Assembly: GCA_050742255.1 (NCBI GenBank)
Contig: JBOGHU010000024.1
Coordinates: 1-47,167, forward strand
Direction of reading: 5' to 3'
Length of the DNA: 47,167 nt
Source: Acidimicrobiales bacterium
Lineage (GTDB): Bacteria; Actinomycetota; Acidimicrobiia; Acidimicrobiales; CADCSY01
Shown: positions 26,198 to 35,235 of the stretch, in pieces
Numbering within the stretch: the first letter of the stretch is position 1
How the letters are laid out: each line of letters opens with the position of its first letter
Made by a program: the position numbers and the translations under genes
Notes under the pieces: model-generated
Seen by the model: the letters and a program-made list of their open reading frames with translations, nothing else
Database searches by the model: none
Told to the model about the DNA's origin: nothing

Positions 26198-27644
26198 GCC
26201 CAGCGCCAAGACCGCTCGAGTCCGGGCGCCGACACGCTGGCGGGCCACGATCTACGACTACATCAACCATCGGACCCTGCTCACGGAGGACGCGCTGGGC
26301 GACGAGGACGCCATGACCGTGCGGGAGTCGGGACGCCAACCCCTCCCGAGCCCAGATGAGTTCAACGCCGCAGTGAAGATCCTGACTCGCCGCGACGAGA
26401 TCGGCCCCGCCCTGCGCGACGGGCGCCTGGTGCCCTACCCGCCGATGCCCCCGCTGGTCAGCTCGGACGACGTCGCCGGCGGCGGTCTCGAGCGCACCCT
26501 CGCCGTCGGCCTGCTCCCGGCCGACGGCAAGAGCCGCCACGAGATCGTCGGGGTCAACATGACCCGCCGCAGCGTCGTGCGCTTCGAGGGCGGGGCGCCG
26601 TTCCAGTCGGCGGCCCACAACCCGATCTGCGGCCTCCCCTCCGCCTCACAGCCCTCCGCCGCCAAGGGCACCCCGGGCCAGGCCTGGGTCACGGTGAGCC
26701 AGGGCGGGACGGTGCTCTGGCGCTTCCTGGTCGTGCGCCCGGCGGCTTCCTCGGGCACCAACGGCTCGGCCGTCGAGCTGCGCTACGTCGACTACAAGGG
26801 CAAGCGAGTGCTGTACCGGGCCCATGTGCCGATCCTCAACGTCCGCTACGACGGCAACGCCTGTGGGCCCTATCTCGACTGGCAGTACCAGGAGGGGATG
26901 ATCCAGGCGACGGGCGCCGACGTGGCCCCCGGCTTCCGACTGTGCCCGTCGCCGGCCACGACCATCCTCGACACCGGCAGCGACACGGGCAACTTCCTCG
27001 GCGTCGGCGTCTACGTGCAGGGCCTCGAGGTCGTGCTGGTGAGCGAGATGCAGGCCGGCTGGTACCGCTACGTCAGCGAGTGGCGCCTCCGCGCCGACGG
27101 GACGATCCGTCCCCGCTTCGGCTTCGGGGCTACCCAGAGCTCCTGCGTCTGCACGGTCCACCACCACCATGCCTACTGGCGCTTGGACTTCGACCTGCGC
27201 ACCCCCGGCAACAATCGGGTGCGGGAGTTCAACGACCCACCGCTGTCCGGGTCGGCGAAGTGGCACACCAGGCGGTTCGAGACCCAGCGGCCCCGCAACC
27301 CGGCCCGGAGCCGCAGGTGGCGAGTCGGCAACACCGCCACGGGCGAGGCCTACGACATCGTCCCCGGTCCCGACGACGGCGTGGCCACCGCCTCACCCGA
27401 CTGGCCCTTCCCCCAGGGCGACGTGTGGCTGGTGCGCTACCGGGCGTCGGAGATCGACACCGGCGTGGTCGCCACCGGACCGCCCTACGAGGCCAACATC
27501 TCGAGCTTCGTGACGGGCGAGTCGATCGAAGATGCCGACGTGGTGGTCTGGTACGGCGCCCACTCCACCCATGACCTCGCCGCAGAGCCCCCGGGCAGCT
27601 TCGGCCACATCGTCGGTCCCGAGCTCAAGGCGGTGAAGTGGTGA
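26049..27644 (+). CDS. Divergent copper amine oxidase-fold protein
   Basis: Lies within ORF 25965..27644. The ATG at 26049 follows AAGGGGGAG. Segments align by eye to CuAO catalytic-domain landmarks: AGWYRYVSEWRLRADGTI (the TPQ-motif region NY[DE]Y....W....DGTI), VHHHHAYWRLDFDL (the HxH copper ligands followed by RLD.D), DVWLVRYRASE, and ESIEDADVVVWYGAHSTHDLAAEP (the third His ligand region). Confidence 0.7.
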   Translation: MREELRVEVRPFGPSPEALGQLAARLTDHPLVRETLGRARHRVLGWDLVEPSAKTARVRAPTRWRATIYDYINHRTLLTEDALGDEDAMTVRESGRQPLPSPDEFNAAVKILTRRDEIGPALRDGRLVPYPPMPPLVSSDDVAGGGLERTLAVGLLPADGKSRHEIVGVNMTRRSVVRFEGGAPFQSAAHNPICGLPSASQPSAAKGTPGQAWVTVSQGGTVLWRFLVVRPAASSGTNGSAVELRYVDYKGKRVLYRAHVPILNVRYDGNACGPYLDWQYQEGMIQATGADVAPGFRLCPSPATTILDTGSDTGNFLGVGVYVQGLEVVLVSEMQAGWYRYVSEWRLRADGTIRPRFGFGATQSSCVCTVHHHHAYWRLDFDLRTPGNNRVREFNDPPLSGSAKWHTRRFETQRPRNPARSRRWRVGNTATGEAYDIVPGPDDGVATASPDWPFPQGDVWLVRYRASEIDTGVVATGPPYEANISSFVTGESIEDADVVVWYGAHSTHDLAAEPPGSFGHIVGPELKAVKW

Positions 27645-27649
27645 TCGAG

Positions 27650-27685
27650 GTCGCCGTGGCGGGGTGATCGCCGTCCCACGGCGAC
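27650..27685 (+). terminator. Strong hairpin immediately after the CuAO-like gene
   Basis: gtcgccgtgg (27650-27659) pairs perfectly with ccacggcgac (27676-27685) around a 16-nt loop. There is no T-tract, which is common in high-GC genomes. Confidence 0.5.
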
Positions 27686-27758
27686 GGCAGACACGACGGG
27701 GACGACCGATCAGGGTCCCCGACAGCCGACCGACCAACGAGTCACGAGGAGGAGTCCG

Positions 27759-29042
27759 ATGAGAGACCAGGGCTCGCGCCGGGGCCCCACGCTCGTCGGC
27801 CTGTCCGTGGCGGCGCTCGCCCTCGTCCTCGCCGCGTGCGGCGACGGCCAGGACGACGGCGCCACCGAGCCGACGAGCGGTGCCGGCGGTGGCGACGTCA
27901 CCATCTACTCCAGCCTCCCGCTCCAGGGCGCCTCGCGCCCGATCGGCCAGGCGCTCGTGAACGGGATGACGCTGGCCTTCGAGCAGGCCGGGAACCAGGC
28001 AGGCGGCATGGAGGTCACCTACGTCTCGCTCGACGACTCCACCGCCCAGGCCGGCGCCTGGGCCCCCGAGGCCGAGTCGGCCAACGCCCGCAGGGCGATC
28101 CAGGACGACTCGGCGGTGGCGTACCTCGGCACCTTCAACTCCGGTGCGGCGGCGATCTCGATCCCGCTGCTCAACGAGGCGGGTATGGCGATGCTGAGCC
28201 CCGGCAACACCGCCGTGGGCCTCACCTCCGACGAGCCCGGCGCCGACGAGGGCGAGCCCGAGATCTACTACCCGACCGGGGTGCGCAACTACGCGCGGAT
28301 CGTCCCCAAGGACACCGTCCAAGGGGCGGCGCTGGCCACCGTGATGGAGCAGGACGGCTGCACCAGGGTGGCCATCCTCAACGACAAGGAGGTCTACGGC
28401 ATCGGCCTGGCCGCCAACGTCGAGATCGCCTCGGAGGGCCTCGGCTACGAGGTGGTCTCCAACATGGGCATCGATCCGAGGGCCGCCAACTACCGCGCCG
28501 TCGCCGCCGGCCTGGCGGCGGACGACGTCGACTGCTTCGTGTTCAGCGGGATCACCGCCAACGGGGCCGTGCAGCTCTTCAAGGACGTCGCCGCGGCCCT
28601 GCCCGACGCCAAGCTCTACGGGCCTGACGGGGTGGCCGAGTCGACCTTCTACGACCCGGCCGACGGGGGGCTGCCTGCCGACGTCGGCTCGCGGACCAAG
28701 GTCACGGTCGCCACGCTCGACCCCGACCAGTACTCCGAGGCCGGGCGCCAGTTCTTCACCGACTACGAGGAGAAGTACGGCGAAGCCAACCCCAACCCGT
28801 ACGCGATCTACGGCTACGAGGCCGCCAGCCTGATCCTCGACGTCCTCGAGCGGGCCGAGGACCCGACCGACCGGGAATCGGTGCGCGAGGCGCTGTTCGC
28901 CACCGAGGACCGTGACTCGGTGCTCGGCACCTACAGCATCGACGAGAACGGCGACACCACGCTGACCACCTACGGCGTGTACCGGATCGAGGATGGCGAG
29001 CTCGTCTTCGACCAGTCGGTGGAGACGGACCCGGGGGAGTGA
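27759..29042 (+). CDS. HAAT-family (LivK/LivJ-like) ABC substrate-binding lipoprotein
   Basis: ORF 27759..29042, with its ATG after GGAGGAG. Lipobox LVLAAC. Typical type-I periplasmic binding protein sequence (YLGTFNSGAAAISIPLLNEAGMAMLSPGNT). Confidence 0.85.
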   Translation: MRDQGSRRGPTLVGLSVAALALVLAACGDGQDDGATEPTSGAGGGDVTIYSSLPLQGASRPIGQALVNGMTLAFEQAGNQAGGMEVTYVSLDDSTAQAGAWAPEAESANARRAIQDDSAVAYLGTFNSGAAAISIPLLNEAGMAMLSPGNTAVGLTSDEPGADEGEPEIYYPTGVRNYARIVPKDTVQGAALATVMEQDGCTRVAILNDKEVYGIGLAANVEIASEGLGYEVVSNMGIDPRAANYRAVAAGLAADDVDCFVFSGITANGAVQLFKDVAAALPDAKLYGPDGVAESTFYDPADGGLPADVGSRTKVTVATLDPDQYSEAGRQFFTDYEEKYGEANPNPYAIYGYEAASLILDVLERAEDPTDRESVREALFATEDRDSVLGTYSIDENGDTTLTTYGVYRIEDGELVFDQSVETDPGE

Positions 29043-29053
29043 CCACGAGGTAC

Positions 29054-29085
29054 CGGGGTCGGGCCGCACCGTCGGCCGGGCCCCG
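29054..29085 (+). terminator. Intercistronic stem-loop between the binding-protein and permease genes
   Basis: cggggtcgggccg (29054-29066) pairs with cggccgggccccg (29073-29085), giving 13 positions with one G-U pair and one mismatch, around a 6-nt loop. It may act as an attenuator or an mRNA-stabilising element. Confidence 0.4.
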
Positions 29086-29153
29086 CGAGGAACCGTCGTC
29101 CGGCCCGAGGCCACCCCGGCACGCAGCGATCGGCGGAACGGACGGCGCGGGGG

Positions 29154-30185
29154 GTGAGGGCGGCGCTCGCCGGGCTCCGTGAGGCCGTCTCCCGACGGGG
29201 GCTGGTCGTCGTGCTGGTGGCGACGCTGGTCGCCCTCGGGACGAGCGACCTGGCGAACGAGGGCAACCTCACCCGGCTGGGCAACAACCTCGTCGACGGC
29301 CTCTCCAACGGTTCGATCTGGGCCCTGGTCGCGATCGGTTACACCCTGGTGTACGGGATCGTCGAGCTGATCAACTTCGCCCACGGCGAGGTGTTCATGA
29401 TCGGCTCCTTCGTCGCCGTCGGGCTCTACGGGCTGCTCGGCCTCGGCCTGGCCACGGCCGTCCCGCTGCTGGTCGTCGGCCTGCTCGTCTGCCTGATCGT
29501 GGCGGCGCTGGCGAGCGGCGTCCTCAACGTGATGATCGAGCGGGTCGGCTACCGGCCGCTCCGGGAAGCGCCGCGCCTGGCGCCGCTGATCACCGCGGTG
29601 GGCTTCTCCTTCATCCTCCAGAACGTCGGCCTGCTCTGGCTCGGCGGCTCCCCCGCGAGCGTTCCCGACCTGATCCGCTCGCAGGCCGGGCTGGTCGAGG
29701 TGGCCGGGATCACCGTCAGCCGCGGCGACGCCCTGGCTGTCGTCGTCACCGCGCCGCTGGTGATCGGGCTGACCCTGTTCATCTCCCGCACCCGCCTGGG
29801 CAAGGCGATGCGGGCGACCGCCCAGGACCCCGAGGCGGCGCGCCTGATGGGGATCGACGTGGACACCACCATCTCGGTGACGTTCCTCCTGGTCGGGCTC
29901 ATGGCAGGCGCGGCGGGGCTCGTCTACGCGCTCTACCAGACCACCATCTGGTACTTCCAGGGCTTCACCGCCGGGCTGATCGCCTTCACCGCTGCGGTCA
30001 TGGGCGGGATCGGCAACGTGCGGGGCGCCCTGCTGGGCGGGCTGATCATCGGGGTCATCCAGCAGACCTCCGACAACCGGCTCGGCTCCGAGTGGACCCC
30101 GGCGGTGGTCTTCGGGTTCCTCGTCCTGATCATGGTGCTGCGCCCCGAGGGGCTGCTCGGCGAGAGGACGAGGCAGGCGGCATGA
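29154..30185 (+). CDS. livH: Branched-chain amino acid-type ABC permease (LivH-like)
   Basis: ORF 29154..30185. LVDGLSNGSIWALVAIGYTLVYGIVELINFAHGEV is the LivH N-terminal signature. The start is uncertain because an N-terminal extension is possible. Confidence 0.85.
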   Translation: MRAALAGLREAVSRRGLVVVLVATLVALGTSDLANEGNLTRLGNNLVDGLSNGSIWALVAIGYTLVYGIVELINFAHGEVFMIGSFVAVGLYGLLGLGLATAVPLLVVGLLVCLIVAALASGVLNVMIERVGYRPLREAPRLAPLITAVGFSFILQNVGLLWLGGSPASVPDLIRSQAGLVEVAGITVSRGDALAVVVTAPLVIGLTLFISRTRLGKAMRATAQDPEAARLMGIDVDTTISVTFLLVGLMAGAAGLVYALYQTTIWYFQGFTAGLIAFTAAVMGGIGNVRGALLGGLIIGVIQQTSDNRLGSEWTPAVVFGFLVLIMVLRPEGLLGERTRQAA

Positions 30186-30189
30186 AGCG

Positions 30190-31434
30190 GTGAGCGCCTC
30201 GGGCACCCTCGTGCAGGGCTTGGGGCGCCTGTCCGGCCTGCCCCACCTGCGGCGGGTGGCGGTGGTCGCGGCCGTCGCCGTGGCTGCCATCCTGCCCTTC
30301 CTCTTCGACAGCGGCAGCCCGTTCATCGACGACTGCGTGCTGGCGCTCGCCTACGTGGTGATGGCGCTCGGGCTCAACATCATCGTCGGCTATGCCGGCC
30401 TGCTCGACCTGGGCTACGTGGCCTTCTTCGCCATCGGCGCCTACACCATGGGCTGGCTGGGCTCGGCGTTCTTCTCCGGCGCCGACGGCGGCGGCGGGTT
30501 CCACCTCCTGGTGGGCTCGCCGGTCTCCGAGCTCCCCGGCATCCACCTCAACTTCCTGGTGGTCGCCCTGTTCGCCATGGCCTTCACGACGGTCGCAGGG
30601 GTGGCCATCGGCCTGCCGACGCTGCGGCTTCGGGGTGACTACATCGCCATCGTCACCCTCGCGTTCGGCGAGATCATCGGCCGGGTGGCGATCAACGGCG
30701 ACGAGGTGCGGATCGGCGGCGCCTGGGACGCCACCATCGCCAAGCTCCCGCTTGTCCCTACCATCGGCCCCGAGGCGACGCTGACCGCCGGGCGGCGGGG
30801 GATCACGCCGGTCGACCGGATCGACCTGCCCCTGGCGGAGCGGTTCGGCGCCCTCGACCTGCGCCCGTGGTACCTGGTGGCGCTGGCGCTGGTGCTGCTC
30901 GTGGTCTTCACCGACCGGCGGCTCCGCGAGTCCCGCCACGGCCGTGCCTGGGTCGCCCTGCGTGAGGACGAGGTCGCCGCCGCCACCATGGGGATCCCGC
31001 TGGTCCGCACCAAGCTCCTGGCCTACGGGATCGGCGCGGCCTTCGGCGGGCTGTCGGGTGCCTTCCTCGGCTCCTACCTGAACACGGTCAACGCCGACCA
31101 GTTCCAGTTCTCCTTCTCCATCTTCATCCTCGCCATGGTGATCCTCGGCGGCCTGGGGTCGGCCCGCGGCGTGATCGTCGGAGCCGTGGCGCTGGCGTTC
31201 GTGAACAACCGCCTGATCCCCGACGTGCTGAACCCGCTGCCTCGCCAGCTGGGGCTCGACCTCGACCTCACCCAGCTCAGCTTCGGGATCTTCGGCTTCC
31301 TGCTCGTGATCATGATGGTGCTCCGCCCCGAGGGGTTGCTCCCCGAGCGGCGTCGGCGACTCGAGATGAAGGGTGTGGGTGCGGGGCGCGGCGAGCTGGC
31401 CGGGTCGGCCGGGACCGAGGAGCAGGTGACATGA
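30190..31434 (+). CDS. livM: Branched-chain amino acid-type ABC permease (LivM-like)
   Basis: ORF 30190..31434 with a GTG start. LALGLNIIVGYAGLLDLGYVAFFAIGAY signature. Confidence 0.85.
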   Translation: MSASGTLVQGLGRLSGLPHLRRVAVVAAVAVAAILPFLFDSGSPFIDDCVLALAYVVMALGLNIIVGYAGLLDLGYVAFFAIGAYTMGWLGSAFFSGADGGGGFHLLVGSPVSELPGIHLNFLVVALFAMAFTTVAGVAIGLPTLRLRGDYIAIVTLAFGEIIGRVAINGDEVRIGGAWDATIAKLPLVPTIGPEATLTAGRRGITPVDRIDLPLAERFGALDLRPWYLVALALVLLVVFTDRRLRESRHGRAWVALREDEVAAATMGIPLVRTKLLAYGIGAAFGGLSGAFLGSYLNTVNADQFQFSFSIFILAMVILGGLGSARGVIVGAVALAFVNNRLIPDVLNPLPRQLGLDLDLTQLSFGIFGFLLVIMMVLRPEGLLPERRRRLEMKGVGAGRGELAGSAGTEEQVT

Positions 31435-32252
31435 GCACCGCCGCTCCGCTCCTGGAGGTGCAGGAGGTCGGCAAGGCGTTCGGGGGCCTCGTCGCGCTGC
31501 AGCGGGTGACCTTCTCGGTGCCGGAGCGTTCGATCGTCTCGGTCATCGGCCCCAACGGGGCAGGCAAGACCACCCTCTTCAACCTGTTGACCGGCCTCTA
31601 CCGCCCCTCGGCCGGTCGCGTGCTCCTTCGTGGCCGCGACATCACCCGGGCGCGCCCGGACCGGATCCTGGCCATGGGGATCGCGCGGACCTTCCAGAAC
31701 ATCCGCCTGTTCCCGACGATGACGGCGCTGGAGAACGTGCTGATCGGCTGCCACGCCCGGCTCCGCGCGAGCCTCTTCGGCTCGATCCTCCGTCCCCCCT
31801 GGGTCCGGCGGGAGGAAGCTGCGGCGCGCCAGCGGGCGCGCCAGGAGCTGGACTACGTCGGTATCGCCGAGCGGCTCTTCGAGCAGCCGGTCACCGGCCT
31901 GTCCTACGGCGACCAGCGGCGGGTGGAGGTCGCCCGCGCCCTCGCCTCCGGTCCGGAGGTGCTCCTGCTGGACGAGCCGACGGCCGGGATGAACCCGAAC
32001 GAGTCGGCGACCCTCACGGCCTTCATGCGCACGCTGCGAGACGAGCGGGACGTGGCGATCCTGCTCATCGAGCACGACATGAAGGTCGTGATGGGCGTCT
32101 CCGAGCACATCACCGTGCTCGACCACGGCGAGAAGATCGCCGAGGGAGCGCCTCGGGAGATCCGCGACGATCCCCGGGTGATCGAGGCCTACCTCGGCAC
32201 CGGGCAACGGAGCGAGCCGGGCCGGCGGGGGGAGGCCGGGGACGAGGGTTAG
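31431..32252 (+). CDS. livG: ABC ATP-binding protein (LivG-like)
   Basis: ORF 31431..32252. Walker A GPNGAGKTT, LSYGDQRRVEVARAL, Walker B LLLDEPTAGMN. Its start overlaps the livM stop. Confidence 0.9.
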   Translation: MSTAAPLLEVQEVGKAFGGLVALQRVTFSVPERSIVSVIGPNGAGKTTLFNLLTGLYRPSAGRVLLRGRDITRARPDRILAMGIARTFQNIRLFPTMTALENVLIGCHARLRASLFGSILRPPWVRREEAAARQRARQELDYVGIAERLFEQPVTGLSYGDQRRVEVARALASGPEVLLLDEPTAGMNPNESATLTAFMRTLRDERDVAILLIEHDMKVVMGVSEHITVLDHGEKIAEGAPREIRDDPRVIEAYLGTGQRSEPGRRGEAGDEG

Positions 32253-32253
32253 C

Positions 32254-32970
32254 TTGGTCGGCGTGGCCCTGCTCGAGGTGTGCGACATACACACCCGCTA
32301 CGGCTCGATCAAGGCCCTGCACGGGGTGTCGCTGGCGGTCGAGGAGGGCGAGGTGGTGACGATCATCGGCTCCAACGGGGCCGGCAAGTCGACCACGCTG
32401 CGCTCGATCTCGGGCTTGAACCCCCCGACCTCCGGGTCGATCCGCTTCGCCGGCCGCCGCATCGACCGGCTGGCACCGCAGGAGATCGTCGCCCTCGGGG
32501 TCTCCCACGTCCCCGAGGGCCGGCGCTGCTTCCAGCGGATGACCGTCCGCGAGAACCTCGAGGTGGGGGGTTACCTGCGGCATGGCGACGCGGTCAGGGC
32601 CGACCTCGAGCGCGTCTTCGAGCTCTTCCCGCGGCTGCGCGAGCGCGAGAGCCAGCCGGCAGGGACGATGTCGGGCGGTGAGCAGCAGATGCTGGCGATC
32701 GGCCGGGCGCTGATGGCCGACCCGAAGCTGCTGCTGCTCGACGAGCCTTCGATGGGCCTCGCCCCGATCCTCGTCGACCGCATCTACGAGACGATCGCCG
32801 AGATCAGCGAGCGGGGCACGACCATCCTCTTGGTCGAGCAGAACGCCAACTACGCGCTCGGCGCCTCGAGCCGGGGGTACGTCCTGGAGAGCGGGGCGGT
32901 CGCGCTCGCCGACGAGGCTCGAGCGCTCCGCGAGAGCCCCGAGGTGCAACGGTCCTACCTGGGCATATGA
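32254..32970 (+). CDS. livF: ABC ATP-binding protein (LivF-like)
   Basis: ORF 32254..32970 with a TTG start. Walker A GSNGAGKST, MSGGEQQMLAIGRAL, Walker B LLLDEPSMGLAP. Confidence 0.9.
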   Translation: MVGVALLEVCDIHTRYGSIKALHGVSLAVEEGEVVTIIGSNGAGKSTTLRSISGLNPPTSGSIRFAGRRIDRLAPQEIVALGVSHVPEGRRCFQRMTVRENLEVGGYLRHGDAVRADLERVFELFPRLRERESQPAGTMSGGEQQMLAIGRALMADPKLLLLDEPSMGLAPILVDRIYETIAEISERGTTILLVEQNANYALGASSRGYVLESGAVALADEARALRESPEVQRSYLGI

Positions 32971-33224
32971 GCGTCGGAACGGCGATCCTGAACCTCCTCC
33001 CGGTGGCGCTGATCGGGCCCACGGGACTGCTGCTCCTCTACCTGTGGCTCGGCTCCGCCATCGCCGCGTCGTGGATCTCCGCCCGCAAGGGCTACGGCGA
33101 GCGCCCCGGCCTGGCCGCGGGCCTGCTGCTGGCCCCGATCGGGGTCGCCCTGTGGCTCTTGTGGCCGGCGAAGCCAGGGTCGCGCTGGCGCACCGGGAGA
33201 GCAGTCGGCCGCCCTCGGCGGTGA
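32967..33224 (+). CDS. Small membrane protein (hypothetical) coupled to livF
   Basis: ORF 32967..33224. Shares an ATGA overlap with livF and has two hydrophobic helices. Confidence 0.4.
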   Translation: MSVGTAILNLLPVALIGPTGLLLLYLWLGSAIAASWISARKGYGERPGLAAGLLLAPIGVALWLLWPAKPGSRWRTGRAVGRPRR

Positions 33225-33269
33225 GCTCGGACCCGGGTCGGATGGGGACGTGGAGGTCGCGCCGGCGAG

Positions 33270-34859
33270 CTACAGGCTCGGCAGTTGCTGTTGGTGCCCG
33301 ACGAGCGGGCCCAGGGGATCGCCGACCGTCCCCATCCGCTCGAGCACCGTTCGGACCGTCCAGCGGTCGGGCCGGAGGTCGGGATCGTCGAGCTCCTCCC
33401 ACTGGATGGGGACAGACACGGGCGCGCCAGGGGCGGGCCGAGCGCTGAACGGAGCCACCAGCGTCTTGTTGATGGCGTTCTGGGTGTAGTCGAGGCGAGC
33501 CAGCCCTTCCCGACGGTCTTTCTGCCACTCCCAGCTGACCAGCTCGGGAACGGTGTGGCCGACGGCGCGGGAGACCTTCTCGACCCACGCCCTGGTGTCG
33601 TCGAACGTGTACGCCGAGGCGATGGGAACCCAGATCTGAACGCCTCGCTTGCCGGTGACCTTCGGCATGGCGACGACACCGAGGTGCTCGAGGGCCACCC
33701 GGTACAGCCGAGCCAGCACGAGGACGTCGTCGAAGGTGCTGCGGGAGCCGGGGTCGATGTCGATCAGGGCCCACGTGGGCCGGTGCACCTCGGGGAGCCG
33801 TGACGTCCAGGGGTGCAGCTCCACCGCCGCGTGGTTCGCCATCCACACCAGGGCGGGCACGCTGTCGACGACGGCGTACCACTTGGTCTCCCCCGGGTCG
33901 GCTCCCACGTTGCGCCACCGAGCCAGCCAAGCCGGCGCATAGCTGGGGACCTCCTTGTGCCAGAAGCCGGGGCCGTCGACCCCGTCGGGGTACCGGTGGA
34001 GGTTCACCGGGCGGTCGACGAGGTAGGGGAGCATGAACGGGGCGATCACCGCGTGGTAGCGGACGAGGTCGCGCTTGGTGACCGGGCTCTCGCCCTCGCG
34101 AGGGGGGAAGAGCACCTTGTCCAGGTTGGTCAGCTTCAGCTCACGGCCCTGGACGACCCACCGACCGGCTGCGCCCATCTCGTCGGCCGCGACGAGCTCG
34201 TCCTCCGTCGGCGGGTCCCATGAAGGCCCTGGTCCCCGGCCCAGCCGGATGGTGGCTTCGCCGGCCGGCACGTCACTTCGCCACAGCGCCTCGGGAGCTG
34301 TCGCCACCTCGTCGTTGGTGCGCCCGCTCTTGACCGACCGCGGATGGTCCTCGGGGTCCCACCCGGGCCGGGCGTGATCATCGTCCTTGTGGAGCAGCAG
34401 CCACTGCTCCTTCCCCGACTGCTCTCGGTCCCGACGGACGAGCACGAAGCGACCAGCCAGCTTCTCGCCCTGGAGGTCGAAGTGCAGCTCCCCGCGCTCG
34501 ATCGCCCGGGCCGGGTCGTCGGTCCCCGCCGGCTGCCACGTCCCCCGGTCCCACACGATGACGTCGCCGCCGCCGTACTCGCCCCTCGGGATGACGCCCT
34601 CGAAGTCGACGTACTCGATGGGGTGATCCTCGACGTGGACGGCCAGTTGCCTCGCCTTCGGATCGAGCGTCGGGCCCTTGGGCACGGCCCAGCTGGCCAG
34701 CACGCCCTCCACCTCGAGGCGGACGTCGTAGTGAAGACGCCGGGCTCGGTGTCGTTGCACCACGAACCGCCCGGACCCCGCCGCCATGTCCGATCCGGCC
34801 GGCTCTGCCGTCACCGAGAAGTCGCGCTTGGCCCGGTAGGCCTCGAGACGCTCCCTCAT
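33270..34859 (-). CDS. ligD: NHEJ protein LigD-type 3-prime-phosphoesterase plus primase-polymerase, with no ligase domain
   Basis: ORF 33270..34859. PE domain: FVVQRHRARRLHYDVRLE, WAVPKGPTLDP, VHVEDHPIEY. Pol domain: LKLTNLDKVLFP, PVNLHRYPDGV, GFWHKE, KVTGKRGVQIWVPI. Confidence 0.85.
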   Translation of the reverse strand: MRERLEAYRAKRDFSVTAEPAGSDMAAGSGRFVVQRHRARRLHYDVRLEVEGVLASWAVPKGPTLDPKARQLAVHVEDHPIEYVDFEGVIPRGEYGGGDVIVWDRGTWQPAGTDDPARAIERGELHFDLQGEKLAGRFVLVRRDREQSGKEQWLLLHKDDDHARPGWDPEDHPRSVKSGRTNDEVATAPEALWRSDVPAGEATIRLGRGPGPSWDPPTEDELVAADEMGAAGRWVVQGRELKLTNLDKVLFPPREGESPVTKRDLVRYHAVIAPFMLPYLVDRPVNLHRYPDGVDGPGFWHKEVPSYAPAWLARWRNVGADPGETKWYAVVDSVPALVWMANHAAVELHPWTSRLPEVHRPTWALIDIDPGSRSTFDDVLVLARLYRVALEHLGVVAMPKVTGKRGVQIWVPIASAYTFDDTRAWVEKVSRAVGHTVPELVSWEWQKDRREGLARLDYTQNAINKTLVAPFSARPAPGAPVSVPIQWEELDDPDLRPDRWTVRTVLERMGTVGDPLGPLVGHQQQLPSL

Positions 34860-35029
34860 GGCGCCCTACCGTCGGCCATGCGGCAGGTATACCTGCTCCG
34901 GTCCGGATGGCAACGTCCTCGGCCCAGCAGCCGGGGCGGGGCGTGGCGTGGGCGGCTCGTCGCCGGCGGCGGCAGCGAGGAGGACCGGCGGTCCGCGTGG
35001 ATGCGGGGCTCAGCGGCGGAAGGGCCCCG

Positions 35030-35235
35030 CTCGTGGGTTCGACGGTGTGTGGGCACCCGGCACCCGCGGCGACAAGCACGTGGCCTGGGTGAGGGATGCG
35101 TGGAAGCGGATCCGGCAGTTCTCGACTGGCGGGAGCTACGTCAACTTCCAGCTGGCTGAGGACGGCACTGCTCGAACCGCCGAGGCCCACGGAGAGAACC
35201 ACGAGCGTCTCCGACGGATCAAGATGAACGGGTAG
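35030..35235 (+). pseudogene. Remnant of the C-terminal BBE domain of an FAD-linked oxidase
   Basis: The tail of ORF 34858..35235 reads HVAWVRDAWKRIRQFSTGGSYVNFQLAEDGTARTAEAHGENHERLRRIKMNG. This resembles the BBE-domain end (W.....L.P...G.YVNF....AYG.NY.RL..IK). There is no FAD-binding domain upstream, and the final roughly 20 residues of the domain are absent. Confidence 0.5.

Noticed and set aside
34858-35029. The N-terminal part of ORF 34858..35235, considered as real coding sequence.
   Set aside because: It has no family resemblance, is Arg/Gly-rich, and starts on top of the ligD start codon. Only the last roughly 70 codons look like a protein domain. Weak hints of further decayed BBE sequence in other frames could not be substantiated by eye.
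35087-35100. A 10-nt similarity (gggtgaggga) to the plus-strand image of the tRNA-Gly 3-prime end, considered as a possible att repeat.
   Set aside because: It is too short and imperfect, and it lies inside the BBE-remnant coding sequence. It is compatible with chance.
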